From: Hydrolagus affinis
Taxonomy: Eukaryota
Assembly (NCBI GenBank): GCA_012026655.1
Contig: JAAILG010000846.1
Span: 1-64,000, forward strand
Direction of reading: 5' to 3'
Length of the DNA: 64,000 bases
Shown: one piece after another, positions 39,599 through 53,540 of the stretch
Position numbering within the stretch: the first letter of the stretch is position 1
How the letters are laid out: each line of letters begins with the position of its first letter
Translations under genes and position numbers: made by a program
Notes under the pieces: model-generated
The model's input: only the letters and a program-made list of their open reading frames with translations
Told to the model about the DNA's origin: nothing
Database searches by the model: none

Positions 39599-41179
39599 CA
39601 AAGAAAAAAAACTCATGTTTAATTCAATCCGGAGACCAGATGCATACTAATAATTTATATTTGGCATCTCACTTTTGAAAGTCAGAAAATATACACATGA
39701 CTATAAATTACTAGTAGTTGAAATTCTAATATTCACTTGGACAAATACATTGCACTTGTTTTGCTGTAGTATATAAAGAAACACAAGCTTCTAGCCAATG
39801 TTTCCTTCTTAGGTTTGAACCTTATTCATCAAACCAGCCCAAGTACGGTAATAATCCCTCAAACCAAACAATATGCTTGGATCGCACACACACACTTCCT
39901 TTCTGTGAAAGGGTGGTACAAAAACTCTAAATATTTTACGATAAATACGATAAATATTTTAACTTGTAACATTTTGACAATAATACCAAAATAATCCAGG
40001 AACCCAATGATATGCTTTAACTGAAGAATTACTAAACTGAAGCAGCAGTAGCAGAGAAATGACATTAAAAGATGAAAAAACAATGAACACAAGACAATGA
40101 GCGCAAGAATGCCTTGGAGATACTGAACACAATATTAATCAAATTGAAAGACATTCAGTTCTACTCCCTAAGCAATATCAATATGAATGGGAAAAGGAAC
40201 CTAAGAATCAATCGCCACAGTTCATTTAATTACAGAGTAATAGGTTTGAGATATTTAATGGAAATGTCATTTTAATTTAATGGAACACATACAGCATTTT
40301 AGTGGTGCAACATACTGCTCCATCAAATCAGCTCCATGTCCTATTTATTCTGCCTATATAATGTAATAACTGTATAAGCAGATTAATAGGCTGTCAACCA
40401 AAATTCTAACATTCAATTTATAAAATGCAAGCATATTCAAAATTATTATAATGAATACCAGATATGAGCAACATTTCAGTCTTCAAATATGAATAGGAAT
40501 TTCTTTATCCAGAAACTGTTCATGCTGCAGTATTTTAAGAGCTGCATTATTAAAGTGTTCTCATTCAACAGGATATACTGTTAACAGTCAAGAGAACAGC
40601 AAGGCACTGTACAAATGTAATTTGTTGTTACTGATTTTAAATTACTGTAATATCATCTTAAGAAGAAACCAAGTCCTTAGCAACTTTAAAAAAAATACAC
40701 CTGAAACACGTTGATAAATAATGAAACTACATTTCCTTTAAAAATCGGGGCCCTGACAATGTGAATGGGTACATTGGTCCATTTCCCCCACAGCTTGTTA
40801 TGAATGATTTGGCAGCAAAGTAAATTGGAGATTTAAGAAAGTGGAGCACAAGGAACCCAGTACAGGATGCTAACTTTTGTGTAACACTGATCAACACTAT
40901 CATAGCATGACGTATTGATTACTAAACTGAAAACCTGGTGCATGAATGTTTCTCAAGGTGAGAAACAAAAACAAAACAGAAAAATTGTGCACATCAACAA
41001 TAATCTCACTACACTGAACAAGTCATGATTCATAACACACCCACATATCACAACCAGAAAGGATCTGTGATGAGACTGCCTAATTAGGGAGGAAAATACT
41101 GTGAAGGGACTTGAAGACAAGTACAAAGTGTTAATATCAATATGTTGGGGTCCTGGTAACTAATGGAGTTCAACTAGGT

Positions 41180-41620
41180 TAAGAATGTGTGTGTGCTCCC
41201 AACATGGGAACAGAGCTTTGGATAACTTGGAGCTCAGTAGATAGGAGAGCATTGGAGATGATAAAACATGAAAGAGGATTTCAATAGCAGAGGAGTGAGT
41301 GAGGTAAGAGTTTAAATAGAAAATGTCAGAAGTTAGAAAAAGGTTGGTCTTAGCAATGGTTTTGATATGGAGAGTTTGAAATGTACCCAAGGGTCAAGCA
41401 GAAACACACGATTGTGGATTGACATATGGGCCAAAAGTACACTTGTCTAGCGCCTTCCACGTCAGGGGGATGTCCCAAACATTTCAGCATCTGAGCAAAC
41501 AGGCTGGGACGATGATGGGAGTCGAAACCAGACATGCAAAAGCGTTTGTAAGAACCAAACAGATAGCTTCAGTCTTACATTTCACTGTCAGAAGTTAAGA
41601 CTCATCTGCGTCTTGATTTT
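41180..41620 (-). mobile_element. Degenerate L2-type LINE ORF2 fragment
   Basis: agatagcttcagtctt (rc ~ KTEAI), gtcaagcagaaacac / gtacccaag motifs of L2 RT C-terminal region. Confidence 0.5.
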
Positions 41621-44184
41621 TTTTACAGCAATCAAAATCTGTCAGAACAACAGATCTGGAATTCAATAGTAAGGTTTTTTTATTTCCTTATTATTGTAAT
41701 GCAGATTATTCATTAAAATGTCAAGGTCATCAATCTATCTAAAGCAGTATCTTAAATGAGATTAATTTTCAGTCATGGTCGAACAATAGAAAGTGTTACA
41801 CCGTAGAACGGTATCTGGGTTATGTGGGCACAATGAGCTGTTTATTTCAATGTGGTCAGTTGCTAAGCAGAGGGCAAGTATCTTCCCAATAAAAAGTTCT
41901 GATGAAAATCAACAATCCTATTTGGTTCAAAATATAATTTTGCTTGCTTTATAAATGCTAGGAAGTTCCTTCCTCCTAATATTCTCTCACCTTCTCTCAC
42001 TGAAGAACATGAACAGGAAAAAACAGCCCTGAATTGCAGTCAAGCTGTGAAAGGAGTCCCTGAGTCACAAGGGACAGCAGTCTGTTGAGGGCCACAGGTG
42101 AAAGGGAGACAGGATGCAAATGATGCATAGGCCATATGGTGAATATCAGTATTTTAATATCTATTATAAAACAGCCAAACTAGCATCTGTTCATTTTAAA
42201 AAAAACTGTCTGCAAGAAGATTCTACTTAAAACTACACATTTCCAACAATATCAACTGCAATTACTAAATAATAAAATTTTCATTCAAATCCATTCATGT
42301 TTTTAAATCATGATAAGTTGACATTTCAATCGTTATAAACAGACAGTCGCCATCTACTTTTATTGTATTTGTAAAGCTGGGTGTCAGTCACAGGCAACGA
42401 AAAATTGGAATGATGCAATTGGTCAAATTGATTTAACCACAGCATGTCAACTCTGATCGATAACCATCCTAAGATTCAACATAACCAAGGGCAAGGAACT
42501 TTGTTGATTAAGACATAATTCAACTAGTTTTTAATACTTAAACAGATCTGAATTTCAATTTCTTCAAAGATCTCAAATTATGAACGAGATTGTAAACTTT
42601 GAAGTAATTACAATAGCGGTGCATGAAGCTTTAAAGACAGATACAAATAAGACCCAGTCGATTAGATATTTCTCAAATAATAAGCATTACAAATGACTGG
42701 TTATTTCAGATACAGTAAGCTGAATGAAATGTCCACCTCATCACTGAAGCATTTAACCAGTCTTTTCATCCAAGCATACACTGCTATTCCCTGCTTTTTT
42801 TAAATAAACATTTATCAAATCTTTTCTGAGGGATGCTTTAAATCACTGAGAATATAAATGACTGCTCTATACTAATATATACAATGATTGATACCTGGGA
42901 ATGGTTTATAAAGCATTAATCCAATCAAAGCTGATTCAGCTGAGGTCATACAAAGCTAGAGCAAAGCACACACATCTTATTATCATCATCTGAAGCCCCA
43001 AAAGATTAGATTTACTGCCCTTAAGTCACTCAAAGATAAAATACAATATGTATGGGAAAGTTTTAAGAGAAAGTTCCTTCAAAACAGTCAATCTACAGTC
43101 AGAACCTGTGTATCGAGAATGGTCAGGTAACTGCTAATAATTATATATTATGATTATTGGCAAACACATCTTGATCCCAGTAATACATCTTACTGAAAGA
43201 GGACTGAAGAATAATTAATACCTCAATTTTATGCCACAAAGGCATCATGCAAGCTATTACAAGCAAACAAGGTTGCTTTTATCTGAAAATACATACACAA
43301 AAGATCTGTTTGAATTTGTACTGAACAGATTTGTAATCTGCAGATAATCAAGAATTTCCATTAGCAAACATTGATTTCCCCATCAGTGAGGTGATGTACA
43401 TCATGTTTTCACCAAATATTTGTTTTGCTCAATCTGTGTCAGAAGCGACAAAAACAACAACAAAATTACATTTGTAACTACAGTTAATTTTGATTTGCAA
43501 TGATGCTCAAACTAAGGCGAATTGTAATTGTACTGAAAAAGTTTACTGGGAAATGACTTTAAGTCAACTCCTTTGAATGTCTATGGACACACCATGCAAT
43601 ATTAAGGTATAAAAGCTACAGAAGTACCATTATCTAGTTTAAATAGATATAAATATTCAGTGAAACAAATACTTGTCCCATCAACCTCACCTTGTAAATC
43701 CCCTTTTTCTATTACACGCTGCTTGCTTCATAATCATTCTCTGTATAGATCACTGACACCAGCCCTAGTGCCTCAGAAGTTTAATTTAAAAATCCCAAAT
43801 GGAAAACTAAATGTATGTATTCAATCATATTACAAAACTGAAGCAGGTTTTGAATGACCAATTTCATTACTTAAACTTTGTTATACAGTAATTTAAAAAA
43901 CAATCTTAAAAACAGAACAAAAGACCGCTTGATTCATCGAACTGATATTGATCTTGTATCAATGTTCTTGAAACTAAAAACTATAGAATATTTAGCATCC
44001 TTGTTTCTGCTTTCAGTCCTAGCTTGCTATTATACAGGCAATGTTCACCACAACACAGCCATAACCTGTGAAGTAATTCATCCTATTTAGATATTGTTAT
44101 AGCCTCCGATCCATCGTTCAGTCAGATATGTTCTACATATCTAATTCCCATAAAACAAAGGAACAACACAGGTTGAAGCCTATC

Positions 44185-44256
44185 TTGAAGTGCTTTGAGA
44201 CATATGGAATACATGATAAGGCTCTGTATCAAATGCAAACATTGTTATTATTATTG
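44185..44256 (+). mobile_element. SINE 3' tail fragment
   Basis: tgaagtgctttgagacatatggaatacatgataaggctctgtatcaaatgcaaacattgttattatt. Confidence 0.7.
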
Positions 44257-44845
44257 TTTGAACCTGTTAAACTTCATGTATTCTAGTTTGGGACTTTATA
44301 TTCTAAACACCTAAATAATATCCCTAATCTTCTATTCTCCAAAGAAACCAGTTCAGTTTGTCACCCCCACAACTCCAAAACTCCAAGAGTAAGTCTGGGA
44401 ATGACTGTTAACATTTTCTCAAGGTTCATATTTGACCTGAACAGTGATCCATGCAAATTGGAATAACTTTTTCCCAACTTAATTAATTAAAACTCTTGAT
44501 TGTAACCTTGCTTTGAACAACATAACAGGAGTTGGTCAAAATGAAAGGTAATCTCTGGTGTCTATTCTTGGATGCCTCCCAATCCTAGCATACATCAACT
44601 CAGTCTGGATTTTGCAAAGTAGTTAGTTACATTTGCAGTTGATAAACTTGTGTGGAAATAATTATGAACACAGCATTTTTTTTAAATCCTCAATAGGTTA
44701 TGAACAACATAATAATGTTTAATGAATACAAATGCAAGATAATGCATACAGGACACAAAGTTAAGCGACAAAAGTATGGGATACAACTTGCCAAAGACAA
44801 AGCAGAAAGAGCCAAAGATCTACTATACTAACATCTTATATAATG

Positions 44846-45020
44846 AATTGGTCATTTCAATCCACGACTGTTTGTGGGACACTGCTGTGCACAATTGGCT
44901 GATGTATTTCGCCCACATATGTACAGTCAATTCACTTTACAGCATATTCTGTGAAGTGCTTTGAGTCGTCTAAAAGAACGTGGAAAGCGCTATAGCAAAT
45001 GCAAGGATTATTATTATATT
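44846..45020 (+). mobile_element. SINE 3' half
   Basis: aattggtcatttcaatccacgactgtttgtgggacactgctgtgcacaattggctg...aagcgctatagcaaatgcaaggattattattat. Confidence 0.85.
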
Positions 45021-46542
45021 GTATATTCAATGGCTTCTTTTTTTTCCACAACTTGTTATGCTCATCTTCCCTTAATTAGTCATAACTCCATCAATTTTAA
45101 CTTTTCAAAAGAGAACAAACTGAACATCCTTGCCTTTCATCAACCAATTTGATATTTGAAATATGTTGGTTTTTGCATCTGTAATCACTGAAAGGCAAGC
45201 TGTTTCAGTCTGAAAAAGCATCTTTGTGATAAAACACAAATTAAATTGAAAGCATTTAACTCCTTAAATTCCTAGCATCTTTTGAAGAAGTGACAAAAAA
45301 GAATGACACAAATTCAAAAGTTTTTTTTTAAAGTTGCCACAAAGGTGCTTTCAGCTCCACGAAATTCCAAAGGCTTTGACGTACGAGACTTTTCTATGGC
45401 ATTTCCTCAGTGTTGGATACTTCGTCTGCACTGGCTGTCTAAAAAGTGGCTTTCATCATTCGTTTTCGTGCCAGTCAACATGATTTATGAGCTGCATTCA
45501 GTCACAGACACAGAATGAGAAATACGACTACAGTCTACTAATTTGTTTTGCATTGAGCCACTTAAGAGTCAAAGACCTGCTGTCAGACTGAGACCGGCAA
45601 CACAATTAACCAGCCAGTGACAGATTCATCCATCCTCCCCTACCAAGCTGTGCCAATCAAAGACAGCATGAGGCGACATTTGGTGGAATCAGTAACAAAG
45701 CCTATTCTCTGGCCAACCTATGTGAGTTTTTGAGTGACAGTTGTTGGAGCTAACTTGTGCTTAAGAGTCACCCTCTAGCCTCTAGTGTCTTGCTACCAAC
45801 TGTGCATTGAGAGTTTCCCTGTCACTCACACAAACAAAGAAGCTCCAATAATGTCCATCCCCCCAAGACAGAGCACCAGCTTGTCAAACACGACAAATAA
45901 ATCTTCAATTGCATTACTCTGCAATTAGAACACAAGACTCAGGTTAAATAGTCTTCAATTTAAAGTTTTCACCCAGCATTTTAGTTAAGATTAGACTGAT
46001 CGTAAAATGGCTGCATTTCAGTTCATTCGCTAAACAAGTTGAGATCAATGAACATGATATAATTATACTTAATATACACAAATGACAATTCCAGCTGTGA
46101 CAGAACAAATCTCAATTACATACATCAAGCTACGAATGTCTTCTTTTTTTTAAAAAAAGTCCATTTTAGGGACATTTTCACATTGGGTCTGTCAAATCAT
46201 CTGTGAAACACAATTACACTGTTTCTAAGTTACTTATGTTTACTTCAGTTATAAATAAACTGATTTGAAGACAAAAGCTGCAAAATATCTATTTGTATTA
46301 ACTTCAGTCCTGGAGCAATTGTTATGAGGGGGTGGGTGAATTGAAGATGGAAATGAGATTCTATAAAAAAATTATTCAATGTAAATAATATATTACACAC
46401 ACAAATAAACTATATGCCCTCTCATTGACACAGAAAAATATCATGAGTTTCAGTTGAGAATTGTATTATTTTTTGCACTACATAGGGTAGAGTCAATAGG
46501 AGAGCCAAGCTTCTTCTGTAAACATGGCCATAGAACATAAAA

Positions 46543-46770
46543 GACAACAAAAACAACAAAATTACATTTATATAGCACCATTCATGTCGGGGGAACATCC
46601 CAAGGTGCTGGACAGTCAATGTTTCAGATCCGAGCTGGGGTCGGGACTGGGGAGGGTGGAGAGAAAGGAGGGGATTTGGGGTGACCGATGGGCTGTTGAT
46701 GAGGAGGTTCTTGAGGCAGGACTTGAGGTGGGAAGGAAGCTAGGCTTTGGGACTGTGGTATGGAGTTTTT
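46543..46770 (-). mobile_element. L2-like LINE 3' end
   Basis: (CAA)n-like tail then attacatttatatagcaccattcatgtcgggggaacatcccaaggtgctggacagt...gttgatgaggaggttcttgaggcaggacttg. Confidence 0.65.
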
Positions 46771-47660
46771 AAAAAGACATAAAACTAAGGATAAAATAAA
46801 ACAAACTTGAAAACTTAAATAATGCTAGAAACACACAGCAAATCTATCAGCCTCTGCAAAGCAATTCAATGCTCAACTTGATGCACATTTTCAGTATTTT
46901 GTTTTGTGCTACAAAACTACCCATTTTCACATACCACAGTATTATTAGTTGGACACAAACTGCAGTATTGTTTAATAGCCATCAAAGAACTCAATTTTAC
47001 TCAAGTTTAAAAAGGCATTGATTCAGAGTCCCATTCCTAAAAGTTATCTTAGGTTAAGAATATTAGGGTTTCAAGGCAACTAATTTCCAAAGAATCTTTA
47101 AACTTACAAAATTAAGATTTAAAAATGTTCTTGGGTGGTCCAAGCTTTTTAATCTCAAGCATTTTGTCTATTCCAAAGACAAATAGGATGTGGTTTTCAC
47201 GTTGGTGCATGCTGGAACTGTTGTCTTGAATGAAGTATTCCAATTTTACATTCTTTTTTAGAACAAACAATTCTGTCTAATAAAGATATACATTGTTTTT
47301 AATAATGAAAATTGATGGTACTCATTTGTTCTTTGATGCAATATTACTAAAGAACAATATGCAGAAGCATCTTTTTAGATGATTATTCCAACTTAAATGG
47401 AGGGCTAATACTGTTGTACATAAGCAGTGATAATGAAAATAGATTATCATTGAATGACACTGTACAGCAAAGTTTTCCCTGCTCTTGTCTATCAAAGTCA
47501 TTTGCAGCTGTTCAATGACTAAGGGAAAAAAAAACAGGGATGGGGGCTGTTTTTAGAGCCGTTAATCTTTTAAATTTATTTTGAAGGCTACTTGACTTGA
47601 GCAATAAGCCTGCAGCCAGTTCTTAGCCTTCAGATGTGCATGCTTTCTTCTGCTACTCAC

Positions 47661-47690
47661 CGACATTGCTGCATGGTGATTGACGTTATT
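47661..47690 (-). CDS. EXOC6: Candidate 30-nt alternatively spliced EXOC6 microexon (NNVNHHAAMS)
   Basis: Long U-rich tract ending TTCCTTCTCAG, AATAACGTCAATCACCATGCAGCAATGTCG, donor GTGAGT; phase 0-0 like the host intron; no stop. Confidence 0.7.
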
Positions 47691-48504
47691 CTGAGAAGGA
47701 ACCCGGCAAGGAAATCAAAACAAAAAATCAAATGTAAACAGGTGTGGAAAGAAGTGTGAACACCAATAATTAAAAGGAAATAAAGTATTCTGTAAAAAGC
47801 AATGCATGCCATTATTTAAGTTCAGTTGCTAAATGGACATCTTCACAGTACATAGGTCACAGTGTGCAGTATAAATCCATTTTATTAACAACCAAACTTT
47901 GTGTACTACTCAATCCCAGTCTTCTTTAGGATTATGTGCACAATCTGGTCAGTTCTTTTAAAAAGTAAAAAGAAGCAAAACTGGTCAAAAGTAATGGTCT
48001 CCAACTTAGCCAAAGACTGAACTGCCAGAAGTCTGAGGAAATAAGTTTAAAGGATTATTGTTGCACAATAAAAATTGAATTCACACAAGGAATTAAACAT
48101 TTCTGTGATTAGGAAAGAACTTAAAAGGTCAGATCAAATACGTCTTATCCTAATATTTCATTTTTTTCTGTGGATTTTTAAACTTTGAATAAATGCCACC
48201 TTTGTAGTTATTCAAAATACTCTGACAGCAAAGTCAATTTGCTTGTTTAGCCTATTTTACCAAGAAATACCTTTCAAGCAAATCAGTCACAAAGGAATTG
48301 ACATTTAAAATGTTACTTAAACTAACAGCAGTTAAAATTATGATAGACCACATAAGGCTTTGAAGACGATTTAACAGGGTAGCAAAGATAAACGCATATG
48401 GTTTTGGGCTCGATGACCAAGATACTTATCTCAATTGAATGGAGCTTACAAATTACATTCACAGCACTATTCAAGATGACAAATTTTCATGTACAAATAC
48501 TCAC

Positions 48505-48684
48505 AGGTAAATGTGTAAAAACTTGAAAGGTACTTCTGAGAAAATTTATAAGATCCATTAAATAGCCACTGGCACGACCGTTGGGTTCAGTCATAGTCCA
48601 TTCATAGTCAGCTAGCTGTATGAATTCGTCAATCTTATGGTTAAGCTTCGTGTATATTTCTCCTTCTGCTGCATATCTAGCGTC
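48505..48684 (-). CDS. EXOC6: EXOC6 coding exon (180 bp)
   Basis: TTTTTGTGCAG / GTGAGT; DARYAAEGEIYTKLNHKIDEFIQLADYEWTMTEPNGRASGYLMDLINFLRSTFQVFTHLP. Confidence 0.97.
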
Positions 48685-49283
48685 CTGCACAAAAATCATT
48701 TCAATTAGTAAACACATTTCAAAAGAACAATTTCAAGAGAAGGATTATATTTGTTTCAGTTAATTTTAAATTGGATGAGCAGAACATAGGAACATATCAA
48801 AACTTATTGAAAAATTGGGTTTTCATAGCATCTTATGAAAGCTAGACTACATCTCATGAAAGTTAGACTACGTTTAGACTACGTGCACGTCAGTAATATC
48901 AAAAGCTTTGAGGAATAACATTTACTGTGCGTAAGAGGTACTAGAACAGTCACTTGAGTGTTCACAAAACCCTGGTAAACAAGGAAGTAAAAAATGTCAC
49001 CAGTCAATTCCAGATAATTTCAATCCTTCTGATATTTAAGTAGCTTTGCAGTTGTTTGGAACATAAATTAAATTATTCAACATTGCATGTATTTATAAAT
49101 GAAACAATCAATTCTGATCAAAGGAGGTCTTAAAAGCTTGGTGAGCACCAAAAATAGGAACTATTAAAACATTTTCAGAATGGAGAATTTTATTGCCAAG
49201 CTTGAAATCCATACACCTGAGACCCAATTACACACTTCAAAATCAAAACAGTAGTAAATAAGTGGCAGATTTCCAACACATAC

Positions 49284-49418
49284 CTTGAATGTGGACAGCC
49301 CATAAAGCCGTGTGGTGTGTACAGTCTCTGGAGAAACATTGGTGATGTTGGTTATAAAATCCTCAAGGTATTTACAGGCTTGCTCCAGGTGAGTTGTGTT
49401 TATTATGATCTGCACAAG
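49284..49418 (-). CDS. EXOC6: EXOC6 coding exon (135 bp)
   Basis: TTTGGCAG / GTATGT; LVQIIINTTHLEQACKYLEDFITNITNVSPETVHTTRLYGLSTFK. Confidence 0.97.
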
Positions 49419-51831
49419 CTGCCAAACACAAAGTGCATTGTTGAGACCCTGCTTACACTCTTCACCTTTTATTTTCTAGCTTACCGCCACCATAACTTAA
49501 TGTTGCTCATGCCAAGGAATATCTGTTGAACTACAGAACTCATTATATCATGCCTCCTAAGAAATCATACTGTTGTCACCATCAATAACTGTACTATCTG
49601 CACAGTTTTTGTGCAAAGACTAAATCCTGCAGGATACATGCAACAGTAAAAATTCATAACCAAAAACAGAAATCGCTGGGAACACTTATCTATGGAGAAA
49701 GGAAAATGAGTCAACGTTTCATAACTATTTAGCTTACAAAATAGAGTCACTACACTTCACAATAAATTCTATTCAGTGCTTTGGGATGTCCTCCGCCTGT
49801 GAAAGGTTCTTCCCCCACCCCCATGTTAAGAGTATTCAAATGCAAGGATTATACTGGTGCATTACCCTCAAATGAGAAGTACTTTATTACAATTTATTTT
49901 TCTAGAACTATATCCAAACATAATTGAAACATTACCTCAAAATCACAGAATTCATAAGATCTACATATATTCTTAAGGTTTAGAATGTCTTAAAAGACAT
50001 GTACAGCCTAGCACTAATAAAGTAAAGCATATATGGATCACTTTGCTTTGATGCAACCTGCAGCTGTTTAAAACTAATCAGAACATTAAACTTTAAGATG
50101 TATTTATAGCCCCGCGACATGGAAGCAAATCACTGCTTCATAGCAGCATCTCCACCCAAAAAATGCTTTGTCACGCTCCTGAGAAACATGTTGTTTTTAA
50201 AAAAATACAAAATCAATTAGATTGATCATATAAAGATGGTCAAGGCAATAACAGTTTTATCTGTTCACTTTATTCCTTCATTTTATGCAGCAAGCATTTC
50301 ACTATGCATGGAGAATGTAGCAATCCAATTTTCCAAATTGGGTATGAAATAATTTCATGTTTACAACCATACTTTATCCAGGCAGAAGGTACATCCAGAC
50401 GTCAGGTACTGCTTATAGCAATAACTTTTGAGCATTTATGCTGGTGTACATCCATTTGCTAATTTACGGAGAAGTTAGACAGATATTGAAATCGCACTAT
50501 GTCAAGTATGAGAGCTCATCTTTTATGCTGAATTGTAGTTTTGTTCAGATTGCTTATATTCAGTACCTGCCAGATTAGATCAGTTTTATATTTGTATTCA
50601 GCTCCTAGTGTAAAAGGTTCTTTAAAAACATTTTTATAGCATTATTTCTGAAATGTCACTTAAGTAGAAAGCATAATCTATATCATCTGGTAGCTTGCTG
50701 AAACATAATTGGTTTATGCTGGATGGTAAGGTTATGGGTTACATAATCAGACAAGCTGATTTTAAGTCAAATAAAATGTAAAAGCTTTTTTCATTTAAAC
50801 TATAAACTAATTATGCATTTTTCAGAAGGCATTTTATTTTCTGCCACTTTTACCAGATCAGTTTCAGATGGAAGCAAAATAAATTCATAATACAGATCTG
50901 GTATGTGGGGGATGGGGAGGAATAGAGAATGGACCAATTAGGTCAGACTAGCTTATCAACAGTGGGAAAGAAGTTTGAATGACTAGTCAAAGGAATTGAT
51001 ATGTTGGAGAGAGTAGGAAATCTATAATCATACTTTAATCATTACAGAATCCACTAAAAAAGTAATACTATTTTTCTTTTTAAAAAGGAATTGGACAGAG
51101 TAAAAGAATAGCATGCTAAATACCACGGCTTTGTAAAATTGGTTTAACTTCAAGAAATAGTTTTAAACTTCCTGAGAAATGAGTAATGAGATCCCTAAAA
51201 TTCTTGTTTTCTGCTTCGAATTCCACAATAAGCATAGTTCTAAATATATAAATAGAACAATTGCATTATTAGACATGTTAAACTCACTTTGTTGTGAAAC
51301 TGCCACCAACGTGATCAGATCACCACTAGCTTTGTTATTACATAACCTTCTAGTTAATGGCAACAGCCTTGTAAATATTTGCTCAAGCATTATCATACAT
51401 TTTGAAAGAAAACAAGTTGGCTTGTAGAAACACTGTAGGGGTGAGAATTTGTAGAAACACTTTAGGAGTGTATTCCAAAATTCTTAGCGAGTGCTGGAAC
51501 AGATCCATGACTAGATTAGCAGAAGTATGCATCGTAAACAATAGCAATAGTCAAGAAGTTGATATGAATGGAGTGAACCAAGAACTAACCTTTTAGCACA
51601 GATAGCTTGATTGTTTAACTAGATTTTGTATAACCTCTTGGTATTGCAACATGATATAGATTCAGCCATGGAGTATGGAACTGAATGAGGCCATTATAAA
51701 CCATTTTAGCACCTAACCTCCTATTGGAATGAGTAATGACTTTAGATCTTTGACATTTACAGATCACACTTCTGTCCATCAAGGTCAACACAGAGCTCCC
51801 CTGTAGATTATTTGTCTTCTCCGCCTATGCT

Positions 51832-51940
51832 AATAATAATCATAGTAATAATCCTTTGCATTTGATACAGCGCCTTATCACATCTTCAAGATGTCTCAAA
51901 GTGCTTCATAGGATACAATGTAAAGTGGAGTACTGTATAT
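51832..51940 (-). mobile_element. SINE 3' tail fragment
   Basis: ataatcctttgcatttgatacagcgccttatcacatcttcaagatgtctcaaagtgcttca. Confidence 0.75.
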
Positions 51941-52079
51941 TTTATAATGGTCTGGATAATTTGGGATTAAATTGTTCCCATTGCACAGCAATGTTTTTGC
52001 ACTTTTTCAGTTCAGCAATCAGTTGCAAGTCTTGCGGCAAACAGCATTGTATTAAATAAAATCCAATATTAAAATATAC

Positions 52080-52191
52080 CTCTGTCAAACCTATGTGTGG
52101 TTTCTTGATGAGATTCTGTAAGCACCCACTCAGAGTTCGAGTCAGCAGTAGGTTAGTAGATTTTCTGAGCATATCGTCTATTTCTGTTGAA
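52080..52191 (-). CDS. EXOC6: EXOC6 coding exon (112 bp)
   Basis: TTTGCAG / GTATAT; (S)STEIDDMLRKSTNLLLTRTLSGCLQNLIKKPHIGLTE. Confidence 0.96.
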
Positions 52192-53354
52192 CTGCAAATG
52201 AGAAATATTTAATAATTCCATAAATAGGGTGCACTCAAACCTCTTTGATACTTTCAGATCACCCCCTTCCTAATGCCATGCACAATAATAAAATTATGCA
52301 GACAAGAAAGCAAATGGGTCTTTTAAACAGTTCACTGATAAATGAGTGAAGGATTTTATTTTAAATGAAGAAAAGGAAATTATTTTTAGGGATTTTAAAA
52401 CAAATTCTAAAGTTACATCAGTAAAGATCATAACGTTGCAGTGGCAGATGCCATAAATAAATAAGTCACAATTAGTTTATAATATAATAATATAAATCCA
52501 TGCATTTGATATAGCGCTTTCCACATTTTTTTGTAAACCCAACGGAGTTGCCTGTATTGTACATAATTTTATGGTAGTTACATTAAAATACATTAGCCCC
52601 TTTTAGGACTACCTGCTTAATTAGTCCACATCTCTGAATGCTATTTATTCCACTGTTACTTTTACAATTAAAACAAAATTCACAAAGTGATATGGAAACT
52701 ACTTTGAATTGCTTGGCAAATAAATTAAATTAAAAATCGAATGTGTGAAGTTTTCATTTGTAGAGTTGAAATATTCATCAACCTATCTTCTCGTAGCTGG
52801 TTTACTCGTTTCATTCATTTCAGTAGCAAATAGCTAATTAAGGTAATGGAATAAAAGCGCACAAAAATTCCAAATAATTTAGCATGCAACCTAAACCTGA
52901 CTCTTCGAAGCATGGACCTTAAACAAGAAGATTACTATGATCTGCAAGAATTGTGGAACAGTTCCACCTCCTCAACCTAGTTAATTCGTTTTACACCCAG
53001 GTTGCACCTGTACAGAATTAAGTGCACTTTATAGATTATCCAAATTTGTTTAATCCACTGTACTGGGTAGAAAGAAGCCCATCTCCTGAGATTTAAATGT
53101 AGCAGCAGTCCCCAAATCATTTGAATCAAATTTATGTTAAAACCATGATTGAATCTCTGGTGAATTGGTTCCTCTCCACCACAGAAATAGGCATATTCTA
53201 AGTTAAATTAGATTTTTTTTAAAATCTGCACACAAAATGTTGAGTGCGATTAAACCAGATTGAACTCAGATCAATAAATCAAAAATTCATGCAATAAATA
53301 CATTAGTTATGTGGAACAGACAAACGGGGGTTGCAAAGTTGGATAAAGATTCTT

Positions 53355-53540
53355 TCAATTCTCCAGGGATTGGGAGAAATTTAACAAAGCATTATCTTCT
53401 TGGATGTTTATTTGTGGTTGATCCCTCCTTCAGGATACCAAAGGTGGAGCAAATCTTGAATAGGACAAGTGTATATGGTTTATTGAGGAAATGAGCTTGA
53501 TGGACTGAATGGTCTGTTTCTATTTCATAAATTATGTTCT
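53355..53540 (+). mobile_element. Degenerate CR1 3' tail
   Basis: gagcttgatggactgaatggtctgtttctatttcataaattatgttct is a typical CR1 3'UTR end. Confidence 0.55.

Noticed and set aside
44423-44438. GGTTCA-TATT-TGACCT inverted half sites
   Set aside because: 4-nt inverted spacing is not a standard RAR or ER element and the context is unremarkable.
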